Shown here: piece after piece, positions 23,726 through 36,499 of the stretch
Numbering within the stretch: the stretch's first letter is position 1
Layout of the letters: every line of letters starts with the position of its first letter
Assembly: GCF_009834535.1 (NCBI RefSeq)
Contig: NC_045706.1
Coordinates: 10,416,001-10,480,000 of the forward strand
DNA length: 64,000 bases
Direction of reading: 5' to 3'
Origin: Camelus ferus
Lineage: Eukaryota
Notes under the pieces: generated by a model
Seen by the model: the letters and a program-made list of their open reading frames with translations, nothing else
Told to the model about the DNA's origin: nothing
The model's database searches: none
Position numbers and translations under genes: made by a program

Positions 23726-24296
23726 AAAGCTCACCAGGCAAGTGAGCTGGACCCCTTGGGCTCAGGAACTGTGCCTTCCCAAGGCATGGCTGTCTTGTAC
23801 AGACATAGTAATGCTGGGAGAGCATTACTGGAGACCTGGGTGAGGTTAGTAGACTGTCTACTCACTGCCGACAGCTGGGCCTCACTGTTCACCATCCTAC
23901 AGCTGACATTCAAGCCTAACCAGATGCAACTGCATGAATATGCTGTGGCCGGACATTTGGCCTCTAGACCAAGACCAGGGACACTTAGAAACTGTCTCTT
24001 AGCCAAGATCCAAGACCTCTCACTTCCCCAGTGTCTCTATATGTGTGGCTTGAAGGACAACACTGAGATTGTTCCAACTCATTGCTTCAAGGGACACTGT
24101 GACCTCCCAAGCACCAGGCATATGGATATGAGTCATTTTATTTGGAGACAGATGCACAGAAAAAAAAAAAACAGCAGTGAGGTTTCAGTACAAAAGACTA
24201 AATCTGGGATCTTCTGGAACAAATGTGTGTGTGTGTGTATGTAGTTTTTATATATGAAGTTACATGTAGTTATATATTTTTAGATCTAGATATATA

Positions 24297-24600
24297 CCAG
24301 CATACCTCATCTTATTGCACTTTACAAATACCATTTTGTTTGTTTTTAACAATTTGAAGGTTTGTGGCAATGCTGCATTGTCAGATGATGGTTATAGCAT
24401 TTTTAGCAATAAAATATTTTTAATTAAGGTATGAATTTTTAGACAGAATGTTATTGCACATTTAATAGACTATAGCATAGGTAAACAGAATTTTTTTATG
24501 AACTAGAAAGCCAAAATGTGCATGTGGCTCACTTCACTGTGGTATTTGCTTTATCATGGTGGTCTGGAATTGAACCCACAATACCTCTGATGTATGCTTA
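24297..24600 (+). mobile_element. Internally deleted Tigger1 (MITE-like) DNA transposon
   Basis: TA|ccagcatacctcatcttattgcac 5' end, ttgaaggtttgtggcaa, tagcatttttagcaataaaatatttttaattaaggtatg, and ggtggtctggaattgaacccacaatacctctgatgtatgct 3' end. Confidence 0.85.
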
Positions 24601-24879
24601 TGTTATTTTAAATAATTTTTCTATATATATGGTTTTTCTATTTGAAATTGTTTATGGCCTCAGGAAAGCAGTCTTTTAAAAGTCCTCCAGTGACCAGAAA
24701 AATCACTTTGATAGACAATTCTTAGTACAGAAGCACTTCCAAATATATGTAATACTTCTGTATCCAAGTCATTTCTTCAGTGATTACATTTACTTAAATA
24801 GTCAGACTTTTGTGGACAGTATGTCGAGTCTTGTCATTTCCCACTCCCCCAAACATCTGTGAAGACCCAATGAAAATCC

Positions 24880-25130
24880 GTTGGCATCTCAGCGTTGCCA
24901 GAGTTCAGCTCCCCATCCCCTGGCCAAGGAATGTGGACAGTCACCAAACAGCTAGAAGCGGCAAGAGCCTAGAGCCCTAGGAGGGAGCCCAGCTCTGCAG
25001 AGCCCTTGATTTCAGCGCAGTGATACCCATTTCAGGCTTCTGGCCTCCAGAACTGTGGGAGAGTGAATTCCTGTTGTTTTAAGCCCCACATTTGTGGTGA
25101 TTTGTTACAGCAGCCATGGGAAACTAACAT
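24880..25130 (+). mobile_element. MLT1 (MaLR) LTR 3' half
   Basis: ttgatttcag...ttctggcctccagaactgtgggagagtgaattcctgttgttttaagcc...tttgttacagcagccatgggaaactaaca. Confidence 0.85.
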
Positions 25131-25429
25131 GCAACCTGACTTGTGTTCTTTTTGTTCTCTCTCCATGATGCAACTTACTGAACTTAAATTGATTCTTTCT
25201 TTCCACACACACACACAAAACACTTTATAGATAATAAAGTAGAACAGTTGAGAAGAAAGAGTCCTATTTTACTGAATTCCTAAGCACAGAATATGGAGAG
25301 AAGGCTCTTATTAGGGTTTTGAGACTGATTACCTTTGTGACCTTGGATAAATCAGAGTCACTTTTCCCCTCTATAAAATGAAGAAATAACCTCTACAGTG
25401 ACAATTCTATAAATTCAAATGATTCCTAC

Positions 25430-25740
25430 ACACCTATACCTTGTTACTTAATTTTCATCTAATCTCATAGCAGTCCCTAGGCAACTGCTGACTTAATGTC
25501 ACCTCCTTAAGTGCCACCTCCTCTGGGAAGCCCTCTCTGATCACTTCTCTGTACTCCAGTGGCTCTTGGTACACACTTCCACTTCAACATTTACAGCACT
25601 GTGCTCTAGTGACACACCTCTGTACCCATCTTCCCCACTAGACATGTGTTACAGGAAGGCAGGAGCCACATTTTACTCATCTCTGTATCTCCAGCACCCA
25701 GCTCAGCAAGGAATGGGCAAAGAAATTAATGAGTTGTTAT
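25430..25740 (+). mobile_element. L2 fragment
   Basis: cacctcctctgggaagccctctctgatc...ccactagacatgtgttacaggaaggcaggagccac...ctctgtatctccagcacccagc. Confidence 0.65.
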
Positions 25741-27017
25741 AAAGTAATGACCTCTCATCCTACACAGTTAACTGGTGAAGATGTCACAGGACAGGGCTGA
25801 ACACCAAGAGTCCTGGAGCTCAAGCACCTCCCTCAGGGGAGCCATTCATCAGAAGCAGTCCTCACACCCAGGCTGCAAGTTTGAGTGTTTTATGTGTTCT
25901 CATCAGTGTAGATGTGACTTAAGTCATAATTCAGAATCCATCTCTGACAGCTTGTATGCTTGAATTTCATAATTATGATCAATCTGTCTATACTTCAGAA
26001 TTTCGAATGGCCGCTAGAAATGCTTCTCCTGGCTCATCAAGGTTTTAGAAAGCTTTTCCCCGAAATCTTTCCATTTATATCTGTAACTCCAGTCTCCACA
26101 GATATACGTTCAATGGTAATGCACAAAAAGCTGTACAGCAGAGAAATGTGCCTGGAGCCTGGCTTGTTCGCTCCCCTCTGCTGGTTTTGGGTTCTGCTTT
26201 GGGTGGAAGCGAAGGGCTCATCGTGCTCCAGTAAACAAACGCAATCTGCCGAGATTTTGACCAGATTATCTGTTTTTATTGTTTTTTGTTTTTGCTGAAT
26301 CTCCATATAATTTAAAGGACTTTTCTGAAGCCAGTTGTCAGCATCATAGTTGGTACTGAGTACAGAAGCCATTTATATCAAAAATTATGGAGCCTGGTGT
26401 GGATTTGCAAAATCATCACTCATATCTAGACTTCTCTACGAAAATCCATAAGCTTCTAACAAAACTTAATTTGGAAGTTATCTGGTGTTAAAGTAACATC
26501 AATCTGGTGATAAAATAATGTTAATCAAAATCACTGCAGGTACCATCCTATTCCTATCGGAAGGTAAAGATCAACATGGGAAGTGAGACTAACAGCAGGT
26601 TCAAAGGCCTGATGGGAGCCGGGATTTACCCCAGGCCGTATCTGTTCTGAGATAATGACCAAGAATACTTTTAATTGGGATGCATTCACAGCCAGCAGGA
26701 GCCCGAGACCCTCTCTGCCTGCCTGCAGTCATACCTGCCTGCAGTCATATTGCTCAAAATGCTGGCCCTTGGAACTACTTCTCATCTACAAATGATGCTT
26801 TTCATATTTATAGATGGTAACCATGGAGACGCAAAACTTAAGTAAATAGATTGGATGCAAACACAAAGCCCTCCAGATGCAACTCCACAAATGTCTCTTT
26901 AGGAATTTAACGGACTGCTGCCACAAGTCTGAAATTCTTTGATACCGTTTCATTTCATGTCATAAACTATAACTACATTCTTTGCAAGTTATCAATCCCT
27001 TTTTAAAAAATCTGTAC

Positions 27018-27104
27018 CTCCACTAGCGACTGTCAAATTTTGCCTTTTAGAGCCCAGGTATTCTGTGATTCAGACTAAAATGCTGCTAATGTTAGCAACG
27101 TTTC
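27018..27104 (-). other. Candidate exon (87 nt if internal; x-NVANISSILV* if terminal)
   Basis: Very long pyrimidine tract cctgtttttgttttttcccttttatgatttag|GAAACG and donor GAG|gtacag; stop codons in all three frames. Confidence 0.2.
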
Positions 27105-27289
27105 CTAAATCATAAAAGGGAAAAAACAAAAACAGGAACGATTTTTCCCAACTTTACACTTTCATCCAAAACTGTCAGAAGCGGTGCTGCTTGAAGGATA
27201 GCAGATGAAATTATTGAATCACTAATACTGAGGGAAGCAGTGTTTCAATCAGATGGTTAAAAAAAAAATCAATGTGATGTAGAGAACAT

Positions 27290-27900
27290 TTTAATTCAAC
27301 CTAATCTGTATAGCACGCCAAAAATGGGTGAGGCACCGTGCAAGACACAAAGTTGAAAACCTTGTTTCTGCTGTCAAAGGTCTGCACATCTCTGCTGAAT
27401 GTTCTGTGAAACTTGTCGGGAAAACAGGACAGCTGTGTAAAAGGCTCTCCACTGAAAGCAGAACAGTGGATGAACAATCCTTCTCCTCCCTGGTGGTCAG
27501 GGGACTGGTGGGCTGTGGCTCAATATGATAGAATGCGAAGGAACAGGAAAGGACAGGAGACAGGAAGGAGGCGGCAGGTAGAGGACTTTCCCATCTGGCT
27601 AGGGAGAAAGAGGAGACAGCTTACGAAAAAGTGCAATGCCTTCGTGGAGAAGCAGAAAGCAGAATTTTCCTCCAGAATAGATTAAGGTAGAGAAGTAATT
27701 AGGGATGCAAGTTGGAGTCGGAACATGAATCAGGACCTTGGACGCCAAGCTAAAGAGTCTACATAGTTTCCTTGAGGCAATGGGGAAACAAACGAGATGG
27801 CTGAGCAAGGGACGATTTAGAAAGATGAGTGTCCCTGAACGGTACAAACTGTAGGGGGCGGGGCGGGGAGGTGGGGAACACAAGATGGGCACCCAGGGGA
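27290..27900 (-). mobile_element. L2 fragment
   Basis: ttaattcaacctaatctgtatagcacg...aatcaggaccttggacgccaagctaaagagtc...aatggggaaac...gatttagaaagatgag. Confidence 0.6.
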
Positions 27901-28149
27901 AGTCTGCTGAAATAGATCAGGCGTAAGCCAGGCTGGTGAAGGCGGGAACAGTAAGGAAAGAGGCATGGGAGAGGTGCTGAAGAGAATGTTCTGGCTTGGA
28001 GGCTGAGTAGGGAAGACAGAGACAGAAAGCAGACACTGTATTTTTAGGTTCAAATGACTGGGGTCATTAATCAAAAACAATACAAATTCAAGGAGAGTAA
28101 ATATGACGACTTGCTGATTTTGGATGAAAAATGTCTGAGACTAAAAGAA

Positions 28150-28340
28150 TCACAGTATCACTTTTATTCAGAGCTTGCCACAGGTCAACAGCATTGTAAG
28201 TCCTTGACACATACCAGCTCATGTAACTGCCATGGAAGCTACGTGAGATGGGTATATTATCCACTTTTATAGACAGAATAACTGAGGCCAATGCTACATA
28301 GGGAGTGAGCGGCCGAGTCAAGACTTGAACCCAGACCACG
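28150..28340 (-). mobile_element. MIR SINE
   Basis: gtattatccacttttatagacagaataactgaggcc...gagtcaagacttgaacccagac. Confidence 0.65.
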
Positions 28341-28694
28341 GTTTTGCATCAACTTTCAAGTTTCCCAGAGGAGACTGGTGATGTGGGGCAGACGCCTAGA
28401 AGAATAATGAGCTAGAGACAGAAATCTGGGGGCCTGGGAAGAGAGCCGAGAGCCGAGGCGGAAAGCAGGGGCAGATCTCTGGCTGGCACTTTATTTTGCT
28501 TTCAACTGCAGATCTGAATTTATTTTTTTAAAAAGTGACTAACAGTATCCTGTGATAAATGACTTAAATTCAGAAGCTGACTTTCTGGAGAAATAAAGAG
28601 GCCAATTCTTCATTTTCTTCTCATTCCATGCTTTTGCCATTTTTCTCTTCCTTTTTCAAATGACCAGAGATGTTTTACAATAATCAGAGATTCA

Positions 28695-29410
28695 ATGGTC
28701 TGAGTATAATCAGGAGAGAGAAACCACACTGCAGTTTGAATAGTAAAAGGTTAATATAAAGAAGTATTAACTATAAAAGCAGATTCGATCTTCAAGAGAC
28801 CAGCTAATAAGAAGGGAAAAGGACTAAAGAATATAGGACTAGCAGATACAGGGAGAGGCCACCACCTCGAGAGCTGAGGCAGAGCATCCCGCAGCTCAAC
28901 CCAGAGCTGAGATCTGACCTTAGAAAGGACAACTATGGCTCACTGGATGGCAGAGAAGACACTGGAGACTGTCTTCCAGGATGCTAGAAAAACCATTCAC
29001 AGGGCAGTGCCTCACTAAAGGCACTCTTGGTTGAGGAAGTGATGCTGGGGGAAGCTGCTGGCTGCTGAATGCTACTGGCTGTGAGTCCTACAGGAGTTAG
29101 AAGCACTTAGCTAAAACGAGAAAAAAAAAAAAAAAAAGGCAAGAGGAGTACTTGCAGAAGCCACTGTGCACAAAAGAGCTGAGCACGGCAGAGCTGCAAA
29201 CACTACAGAGTGATGCTGCAGGAAGTTGTGCAGGGAGCCAGCCACACATGCACACCAGGCACAGGAGACAAAATCCTTTCCTTCTAAAGTGTTTCCCGGG
29301 CACCCTCAACCACCAAAATTTCAGTGTCAACTCAGGAAAAATTGTTAAAGGCCCAGATCCATTTTCACAGAGCAGGCAAAAAGGATGAATTTGGAGCTGA
29401 GAAACCATTA
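28695..29410 (-). mobile_element. Old ERVL-class LTR (LTR33/LTR41-like)
   Basis: tctgagtataatcaggagagagaaaccacac 5' edge and gtcaactcaggaaaaattgttaaaggcccagatccattttcacagagcagg 3' edge; family assignment uncertain. Confidence 0.5.
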
Positions 29411-30689
29411 GTCAACAACTGACACAACTTCCTACTCAGGTATGTCCATTTCCCCTCATGACACTTTAAAAGCTCTCCCACTGTGTTTGTCGGTGGTGCT
29501 ATTGCTGTTGTGTGTGTTGGGGATGGGGAGAGGGGGTGGGAGGTGTTGTCACTGTTGGTATTAAGAAGAACTGAAACTTTCTCATTCCCTTCCCAACCTG
29601 AAAGCCAAGCATAATCTGGCCGCCATAATGTTCTAAGCACAGAACTAAGAACTGAGCTGTAGTGAAGGCAGAACCCTTCAAATCTGACAGTCTTGCCTCC
29701 CACCAGCATTCACTTCGCTCCTTAAGAGTAAGTCTTCAAGTACTAAAACAACTGATTTCCAACAAGATCCACAATAATACTCCAATACAAAACTTTTTTT
29801 TTTTTAATGAAGTAGAAGAAACAGATGAGCAGTCATTCTTATTCATGGAGGGAGAGAGCAGGTTTTAGTAAATATTTCCTGAGTTAAGTAAGACAAGGGA
29901 AGTTCAGTCTCTGGGCCTCACATGATTTTGCTCTAATTTAAGTTAAACAATAGTAACCTCACATCACACTAGTAGTGGATGCGCTTCCACTTAAAAAAAA
30001 ACTATTTAAAATATCAAAACACATAAGAGATACAGGTAGTAAAAAGGAAAAGTAAAATTTGCAGAAGTTGTGATTATCTCTTTAGAAAACCCAAGAAGCT
30101 ATCTGAAAAACAAGGTAATAATATAAAAGTCTGTAAATAACTGTATGAAAACTAGTCAAAAGTTAATAGCTCCCCTATATAAAACATAAACTTCTCTTTC
30201 ACGACAGCAAGAAAAAATTGTGGAAGACCACACAAAAATCTGTATGACGACTGGTTAGGTGGGATGAAGCGAGCAGAAGTAAACCATCCAAGTAGGAGTT
30301 TACTTCCAAAATTCTTTAAAATTATAGAAACTGTATTTTTAAAGGAGTATGTCCAGAAAAGCATAGAAGGAAAACACCACAGGAATGGATCCATCACCGC
30401 TGGAGAGTATGATGAGTTACTGGAAGAGAGAAAGCAGGGGACACTAAACTCATCAAGAAACATGAGTAAAGGGAGGGGAGCTGCTTAGAATTGAAATATG
30501 CCAGCTGCTGGGACCAGAACAGGAGCAGGAAGGCCAGCCTCATGGAGCACAGGCTCACGGGCAACAGATGCCCACACGCCACTACCAGGAAACCTAAGAA
30601 GTGAAATCTGGGTCACCCTGCAGAGGCTGATCTACAATGGCAGTAATGTTAGGCCTCAGGCTGGAAGCTGAGAGCAGCCGTGAAGAAAG

Positions 30690-31085
30690 GGAATGGTGTA
30701 CCTGCCATATGCCCAGCCATGACAGATCATTTCCTGACCTCCATGTGGCTAAAGTGGTCATGTTCTGGGCACTGACATGTGGAAATCACAAGTGGAAATC
30801 ACTGGGTAAGATTAGTATGCACTTTTTTTTTTTTAAACTCCTCACCTTTTCCCTTCTTCATGCATAAGAACTGGATGTAATGGGTGGAGCTCTGGCAACC
30901 ATCTCATGTTCATGAGGATGAGGGTCACATCCTGAGGCTGGTGGAGGAGAAAGCTAAATGAAGTCTAAGTTCCTACTGACTTTGTGGAGCTACCATACCA
31001 GGCCTGGACAGCCAGCTTCAGACTGCTTTTATGTAAAAGAAAATAAATCCTCACTCTATAACCTGGAGCTAAATATAGTTTCTAG
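30690..31085 (+). mobile_element. MLT1J/I-like LTR
   Basis: gtaatgggtggagctctggcaaccatctc...gagctaccataccaggcctggacagcc...ttttatgtaaaagaaaataaatcc. Confidence 0.7.
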
Positions 31086-31897
31086 CTCAAAAAGGTACAT
31101 AACTACTTAGCTTTGAAATACGTAAAGCAAGATCTGCTAGAGAAGAAACTGGCAATTCAACAATCAGTGGGAGATTTTAATACATCTGTTTCTAAAGTCA
31201 ACTGATCTTAAACATTACAATTAAAAGGCAAAAATTATCAGTCTGGATTAAAAAAAAGCAAGCCCTAAACACATGCTGTAAGGGATTTAAATTTTTTTAG
31301 TGCAGACAGGTAGAAAATAAGATGAAAAAAGATATGCCACGCAAACAAGTGGGTATAAGAATCAGACAAAGTAGGCAAGGAATATTACACAGAAAATGAG
31401 AATCATTTCATAATGATAAGGCAGCCAACTTAGCAAGACATAATTCTAAATGTGACACACCTAATAATAGAGCTTCAAAACACATGTAGCAAAAACTGAT
31501 GGAACTAAAGGGAAAAATAAATCCACAATCATAGTTGGAGATTTTGCCATTTTCCTCTCAGTAACTGATGGAAAAAAAAAGACATAAAAAATCACTAAGG
31601 ATACAAAAGACTTGAATACACCAGATAACAACTCCACCTCACTGACATTTCTGGAACATCCCACCCAACTGTAGAATGCACGATCTGTAAGTGCACATGG
31701 AATAGTCATTAAGAAAGACCCTTATCCCTGACCAAAATCAGCTAATGAAGCAAGAAAAAAATGAGAAACAATTCTGAGGACTTAACACAACTGGCAAGTT
31801 AGATCCAATAGATCTACGTAGCATACACCCCAACAGGGACAAAAACATCCTTTTCAAACCACATGAAGCAGTACCAAAAACTGACCATGAACCCGGC

Positions 31898-32378
31898 TTG
31901 GCAGGCAGCCTTCAATATGGACCCCAGTGAGCCTCACCTCCCAGTAACCTCAGCCTTGTGTGGTCCCCTCCCATTGAGAATGGGCTGAACTTAGTGATTC
32001 CCTTCTGATGAACAGAATAAAATGAATGTGATGGTGTGTGACCCAGGGACTAGGTCATGCCTGGTATTGCTCTCACTCTCTGATCGCTCCTCCTGAGAAG
32101 CCAGCTTATGGTGAAGCCCACCTGGTGAGGAACTGAGACCTCCTGCCAAAAGCCATGTAAAGTGAACCAAGGAAGCTGCTCTCCCAACCCCAGTGGAATC
32201 CTCAGATGCCTAGAGACCCACCAACAGCTTGCTGAACCCTTAGCAGAGGTCCTGAGACAGAATCACCCAGGTAAATCGTTTCTAGATTCCTGACTGTCAG
32301 AAACTGAGATAGTAACTGTTCACTGTTTTAAGCTACCAAGTTTGGAGAGTAATTTGTCACATAAAAACAAATAGTACA
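31898..32378 (+). mobile_element. MLT1E/F-like LTR inserted into L1
   Basis: tggcaggcagccttcaatatggaccccagtgagcctcacctccc...cacccaggtaaatcgtttctagattcctgac...ttttaagctaccaagtttggagagtaatttgtcac. Confidence 0.8.
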
Positions 32379-34219
32379 TAAGCCACTAGGGGGAAAAAAA
32401 AAGTCCCCACACTAAAATTTATACAATCTACTTTGCCTGATCCCAAAGCAATGAAAACAAACAATAATGACAAATCTTTCTTAGAATTTTTAAACCCTTT
32501 TAAATAATTCTTGGTTAGGATGGCTGTCAAAATGAAATTATAAACTATTTAGAAATGAATAAAAATGAAAACACTACATATCGAAACCCATGGGATGCAG
32601 CCAAATACATTAAGAAACATTTCTAGCTTAAATATATAGTATTTGTTAGAAACCAGGAAAGATTAAAAGGAAATGAACTAAGCACTTGACTCAAGAAACT
32701 AGAAGAACCGCCAAAATACACAAATTATTCAGTACTACTGGCGATCCCTGTCAATGTAAGAAGAATTGAAAAAAGAGTTGTAACTATTGGAAAAAGAGAT
32801 GTCATAATTGAGACAATGTGTTCATCAAATTAGAAAATCCAGGGGAATCAATGACTATTAGAACTAATTCCAATCATTAGAACCAAAGAAGACTTCAGAA
32901 AGTGGCTATATCTAAGGCCAACAAAATCACTAGAATGGTAATTGGAAATTTCATGGAGAAAGATTCCATTCCCAGGAGCGAACCAAACTGTCAGATTATC
33001 TAGAAATAAATTTACCAGGAAATATATAAGACAAAAATGAATAAAACTATAAAATTTTACTAGAAGAAAGACTTACAATGATCCTGAATAAAAAGGTTTA
33101 ATACTGTTAAGATTTTAGCTCAAAAATTTATCTATGAATTCAAAGCAATTCCAATCAAAATCCCAAGAATTATGTCAAGCTAGTACTAAAATTCATGTCA
33201 AAAAATTCCAAGAAAATAGTTTTTAAAAACAATGAAGGCAATTCCTTTATCACATGTGCTAAAAAGTTACAGCAAATATGACTGTATAACTCTAAGACAG
33301 CAATAAACAGATCGTGAAACTAAGTGACAGATCATGAGCAGATCCATACACGGGAATTTCATGTCAGATACAGGCGACTCTTCAGATCAAAGGAGATAAA
33401 ACAGGTAACCCAGTAACTATTATCAGACAAGTCAAATATCCACTCATAAAAAAACAGAATACACTTACCTCACACTACGCAAACACAAAATTCAGATGGC
33501 TTATAAAGATAGGAGAAACTCTAGACCAATGCTTTTATGACCTTGGCAGAGTTAACGAAACACACAGTACCTAGAAACTATAAAGGAAAAAGACTGACTT
33601 ATTTGCTCACATAAAATGTTAAAACTTCTTGACAATAAAAGATCCTATAAAGCAGCATCAAAATACTAGACGATGAAGAGAGAATAACCGCAAAGGATTA
33701 AAATTTACAACATGTAAATACATAAAATGTATCATATGTAAAGCATTCCTCTAAGTAGAGAAAAAACAGTAGAAAAATGAGCAAAGCACATAAGTCTCTA
33801 AGACACAGAAAGAAATAAAATAAACTTTGGAATGATGTAATATAGCAGTTATAATAAATGCACATTAAGACTATAAGAAAACCATTTTGTCACCCAGTTT
33901 TGCAATACTTGTTTTTTAATTTTTGTGGTTGTCAGCAAGGAAGGTCAGACATATATTCTCATACAGTACGTCTAGAAGAACAAGTTGGCAAAAAACATAC
34001 TCTTTCATGCAGTAATTTTACCTCTAAAAATCCACCATATTGAAATGTTTTTAAAATCTCTGCAATGATTTATATTAAAATAATTTTCGAAATTCTTCTC
34101 AGAATGAGAAATTTGACTTAGTCAACTGAAGTATTATAACTACCAAAAATGCGAACACGTGGAGAAATGTTCATAACATGAAATGAAAAAGCAAGATAGC
34201 AAATTCTACAGAAGTAGGT

Positions 34220-34400
34220 GGACTCACAGTAAAAGCAGTAGGGCTAACATTTATTGAACACTTACGATGGGTCAGATACTGTTCTCAGCTCTTTCTCTGT
34301 ATTAGCTTATTTAATTTATACAACCCCAACATGAAGTAAATGCTACTTTAATGCCCATAAAGATAAACTGATGCACTGCAGGTCTGGGTGGATTTATCTA
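34220..34400 (-). mobile_element. MIR SINE
   Basis: ctaacatttattgaacacttacgatgggtcagatactgttc...gataaactgatgcac. Confidence 0.7.
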
Positions 34401-34796
34401 TGTTAGAGGACAACATTCACTTATATGAAGTAGTTAGGGGGTATCTGCGAAGGCTTTAACGGCTGAGCTTGGTTAGTGAAGGTTTTCAAGTTGAGCTTGT
34501 AATACTGCAACCTCACCCACCCATCCACGGCCATCAACTCAGCAAGACCTAGTATCCTTGCCAAGGCTGAGAAGCACAGGGTGAGCCAACAGGAAAGGTT
34601 AAAGCTCTGCCTCCCTTCCTAGAGGGAGATGAGGCGTCTCGCTTAGTGACCTGGGGAAGAAAAGGTGGAAGTGCCCCTGACCACCTGGTCTACTCGGTGA
34701 GAGGAGGCCGAGACACACCAAAGCCATCTCAAGGCCGAAGTGGATGCTTGGATCTTCCCCGGTGACTGGCACAAACACAGGTATTTGGGTTCTCAC

Positions 34797-34848
34797 CTCC
34801 TAAAAACACCACCAGCCCCCTATGATTACACAATCAGGCTGAGCCTAG
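34797..34848 (-). other. Candidate 52-nt non-coding exon
   Basis: Acceptor tttttttttgttttacttcag|CTAGG and donor GGAG|gtgaga; stop codons in all frames. Confidence 0.2.
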
Positions 34849-36009
34849 CTGAAGTAAAACAAAAAAAAAAAAGTTGTAGAACAGGCTCCCACCCCTCCTT
34901 TCCTCCCTCCCTGATCTCCCAACCATAGTCTCCATCCTTAAGGCCCCCCCCACACACACACACAGCTCTGCTCTCAACCTGCCCAAATCACTCAAGAAGG
35001 AAGCTCAGAATTTTGAACTTTATTATCAGTTGAAGAAATAAGTGCATAAGATAAAAAAGAACGGCCCTGAAGCAGACTGTGCAGGGGAATTTTTAACCAG
35101 TGGCAGATTTTCCAGCATCCATGGGGGAATGCTAGAGAAGGAGGCCTTCCCAGCCTCTTCCTCCCCACACTGACCGTTGCTGATACACACAGCCGATCCT
35201 GGTGGCAAACAAACAGCTCAATTAGTAATCAGCTCTGTCTTTTCACCTCATGAAAAGGTAACCTGATTTCCCTGCAAGTATAATATATTTGATCATTAAA
35301 AACTCTACAAGCCCCCATGGGATAATTAAAGCGTGTGAGAAGAGAAACACGAACGTATCGTGATGGATGGCCGCACACGAGCCCCGAAGAACAGCTGCAA
35401 GAAAGGCGCTGATGAGATTGACGAATGCTTCAGGCACGTGGAAACTTCCCAGCAGCACAGGTCGAAGGCTGGTGCTGCATGCAGGCCTCTAAAGGGGCAG
35501 CTGAAAGCTCCCTAAGGGGCAATTTAGAGCTCATGTCAGAGTTGCAGTAACGCACTGTGTTCCACGGCCCCAACCACGTTTTGACCTGGGCAGTTTGACA
35601 CTGTGACGTCTGAAACATCTCAGACTGTCCAACTCAGGAACAGATCCTGGAGACAAATGGCTGACAGATGCCGAGCCTATTAACTACAGCCACAAAGCAG
35701 CTTTAATTTAGAAAGTAAACATGGCACAATGTTAAAACCTAAAGCCCCCTGGCAGGAGAGCATTAATGAGGCTGGGAAAGAGCAGGGGCAGAGGAATGAC
35801 TGAGGGGAGCCGCGGGTTCTGAAGCAGCAGGACTCTGCGAGGTGCTGCAGCAAGGACCACCCCGCCTTCCTTTAGGGGCTCCTGGCTTATCCCATAATTC
35901 ACCTTTATCATCTCAACCTGCTGCACCTACTGTGTTCCAGGTCGTGTGCTGAGAACTGAGCCTACAGAGATGAACAGAACACAGGTGGCCCCAACCCTCT
36001 GCACTTAGT

Positions 36010-36205
36010 CTAGACCAGACTTTTTCTGTAGAAGGACAAATAATTTAGGCTTTCCAGGCCGTATAGTCACACCTTAGTAGCCAGAAAGTTCTACATGTAA
36101 ACAAAGCTAATATCTAAGTGAATAGCCACAGCTGTGTCTCTAAAATTTACAAAAACAAGTGGTGGCTGGATTTGACCTGCAGGCAGTAGGCTGCCAATCC
36201 TGGGT
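36010..36205. mobile_element. MER58-type hAT DNA transposon
   Basis: actttttctgtagaaggacaaataatttaggctttccaggcc...aacaagtggtggctggatttgacctgcaggcagtaggctgccaatcctgggtctag. Confidence 0.75.
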
Positions 36206-36234
36206 CTAGAAGGCCATTAAACAAATAAATAGTT

Positions 36235-36470
36235 AAAACTACAATAATTGGAGCCTGCTCTGTGCCAAGTACCATTTGGCATGCTTTATGATATTTACTC
36301 ATGTAATTCTCACAGCAACCCTCTAAGCTAGTGTTATTATGCCCATTTTACAGATAGGAAAATTAAGGCATAGAAATGTTAACAACTCAGCCATGATCAC
36401 ACAAATAGGATGAGCTAGGGTTTGAACCCTGCAGGTCCAGGACACACATGAGCACCTCACTGCAACCTGC
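36235..36470 (-). mobile_element. MIR SINE
   Basis: cctgctctgtgccaagtacc...attctcacagcaaccctct...cccattttacagataggaaaattaaggcatag...gggtttgaaccctgcagg. Confidence 0.8.
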
Positions 36471-36499
36471 AACCCTCTCCTGCACCAAACTGCCTCATC

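Larger units (their letters stand above)
29990..34210 (+). mobile_element. Long degraded L1M ORF2 region interrupted by two MLT1 LTRs
   Basis: A-rich L1 ORF2 remnants: caatcatagttggagattttg, gaaaacactacatatcgaaacccatgggatgcagccaaa, caaagcaattccaatcaaaatccca, caaaattcagatgg. Confidence 0.8.

Noticed and set aside
23104-24244. Two adjacent 189-aa plus-strand ORFs as a protein-coding gene
   Set aside because: The first lies in a non-ORF2 frame of a GC-shifted L1 fossil. The second is in a different frame, has a non-ATG start and runs into a TG microsatellite. Neither resembles a known protein.
26716-26748. 16-bp tandem duplication cctgcctgcagtcata x2
   Set aside because: An ordinary slippage duplication with no motif of note; similar ones occur at about 41970-42000 and 54680-54705.
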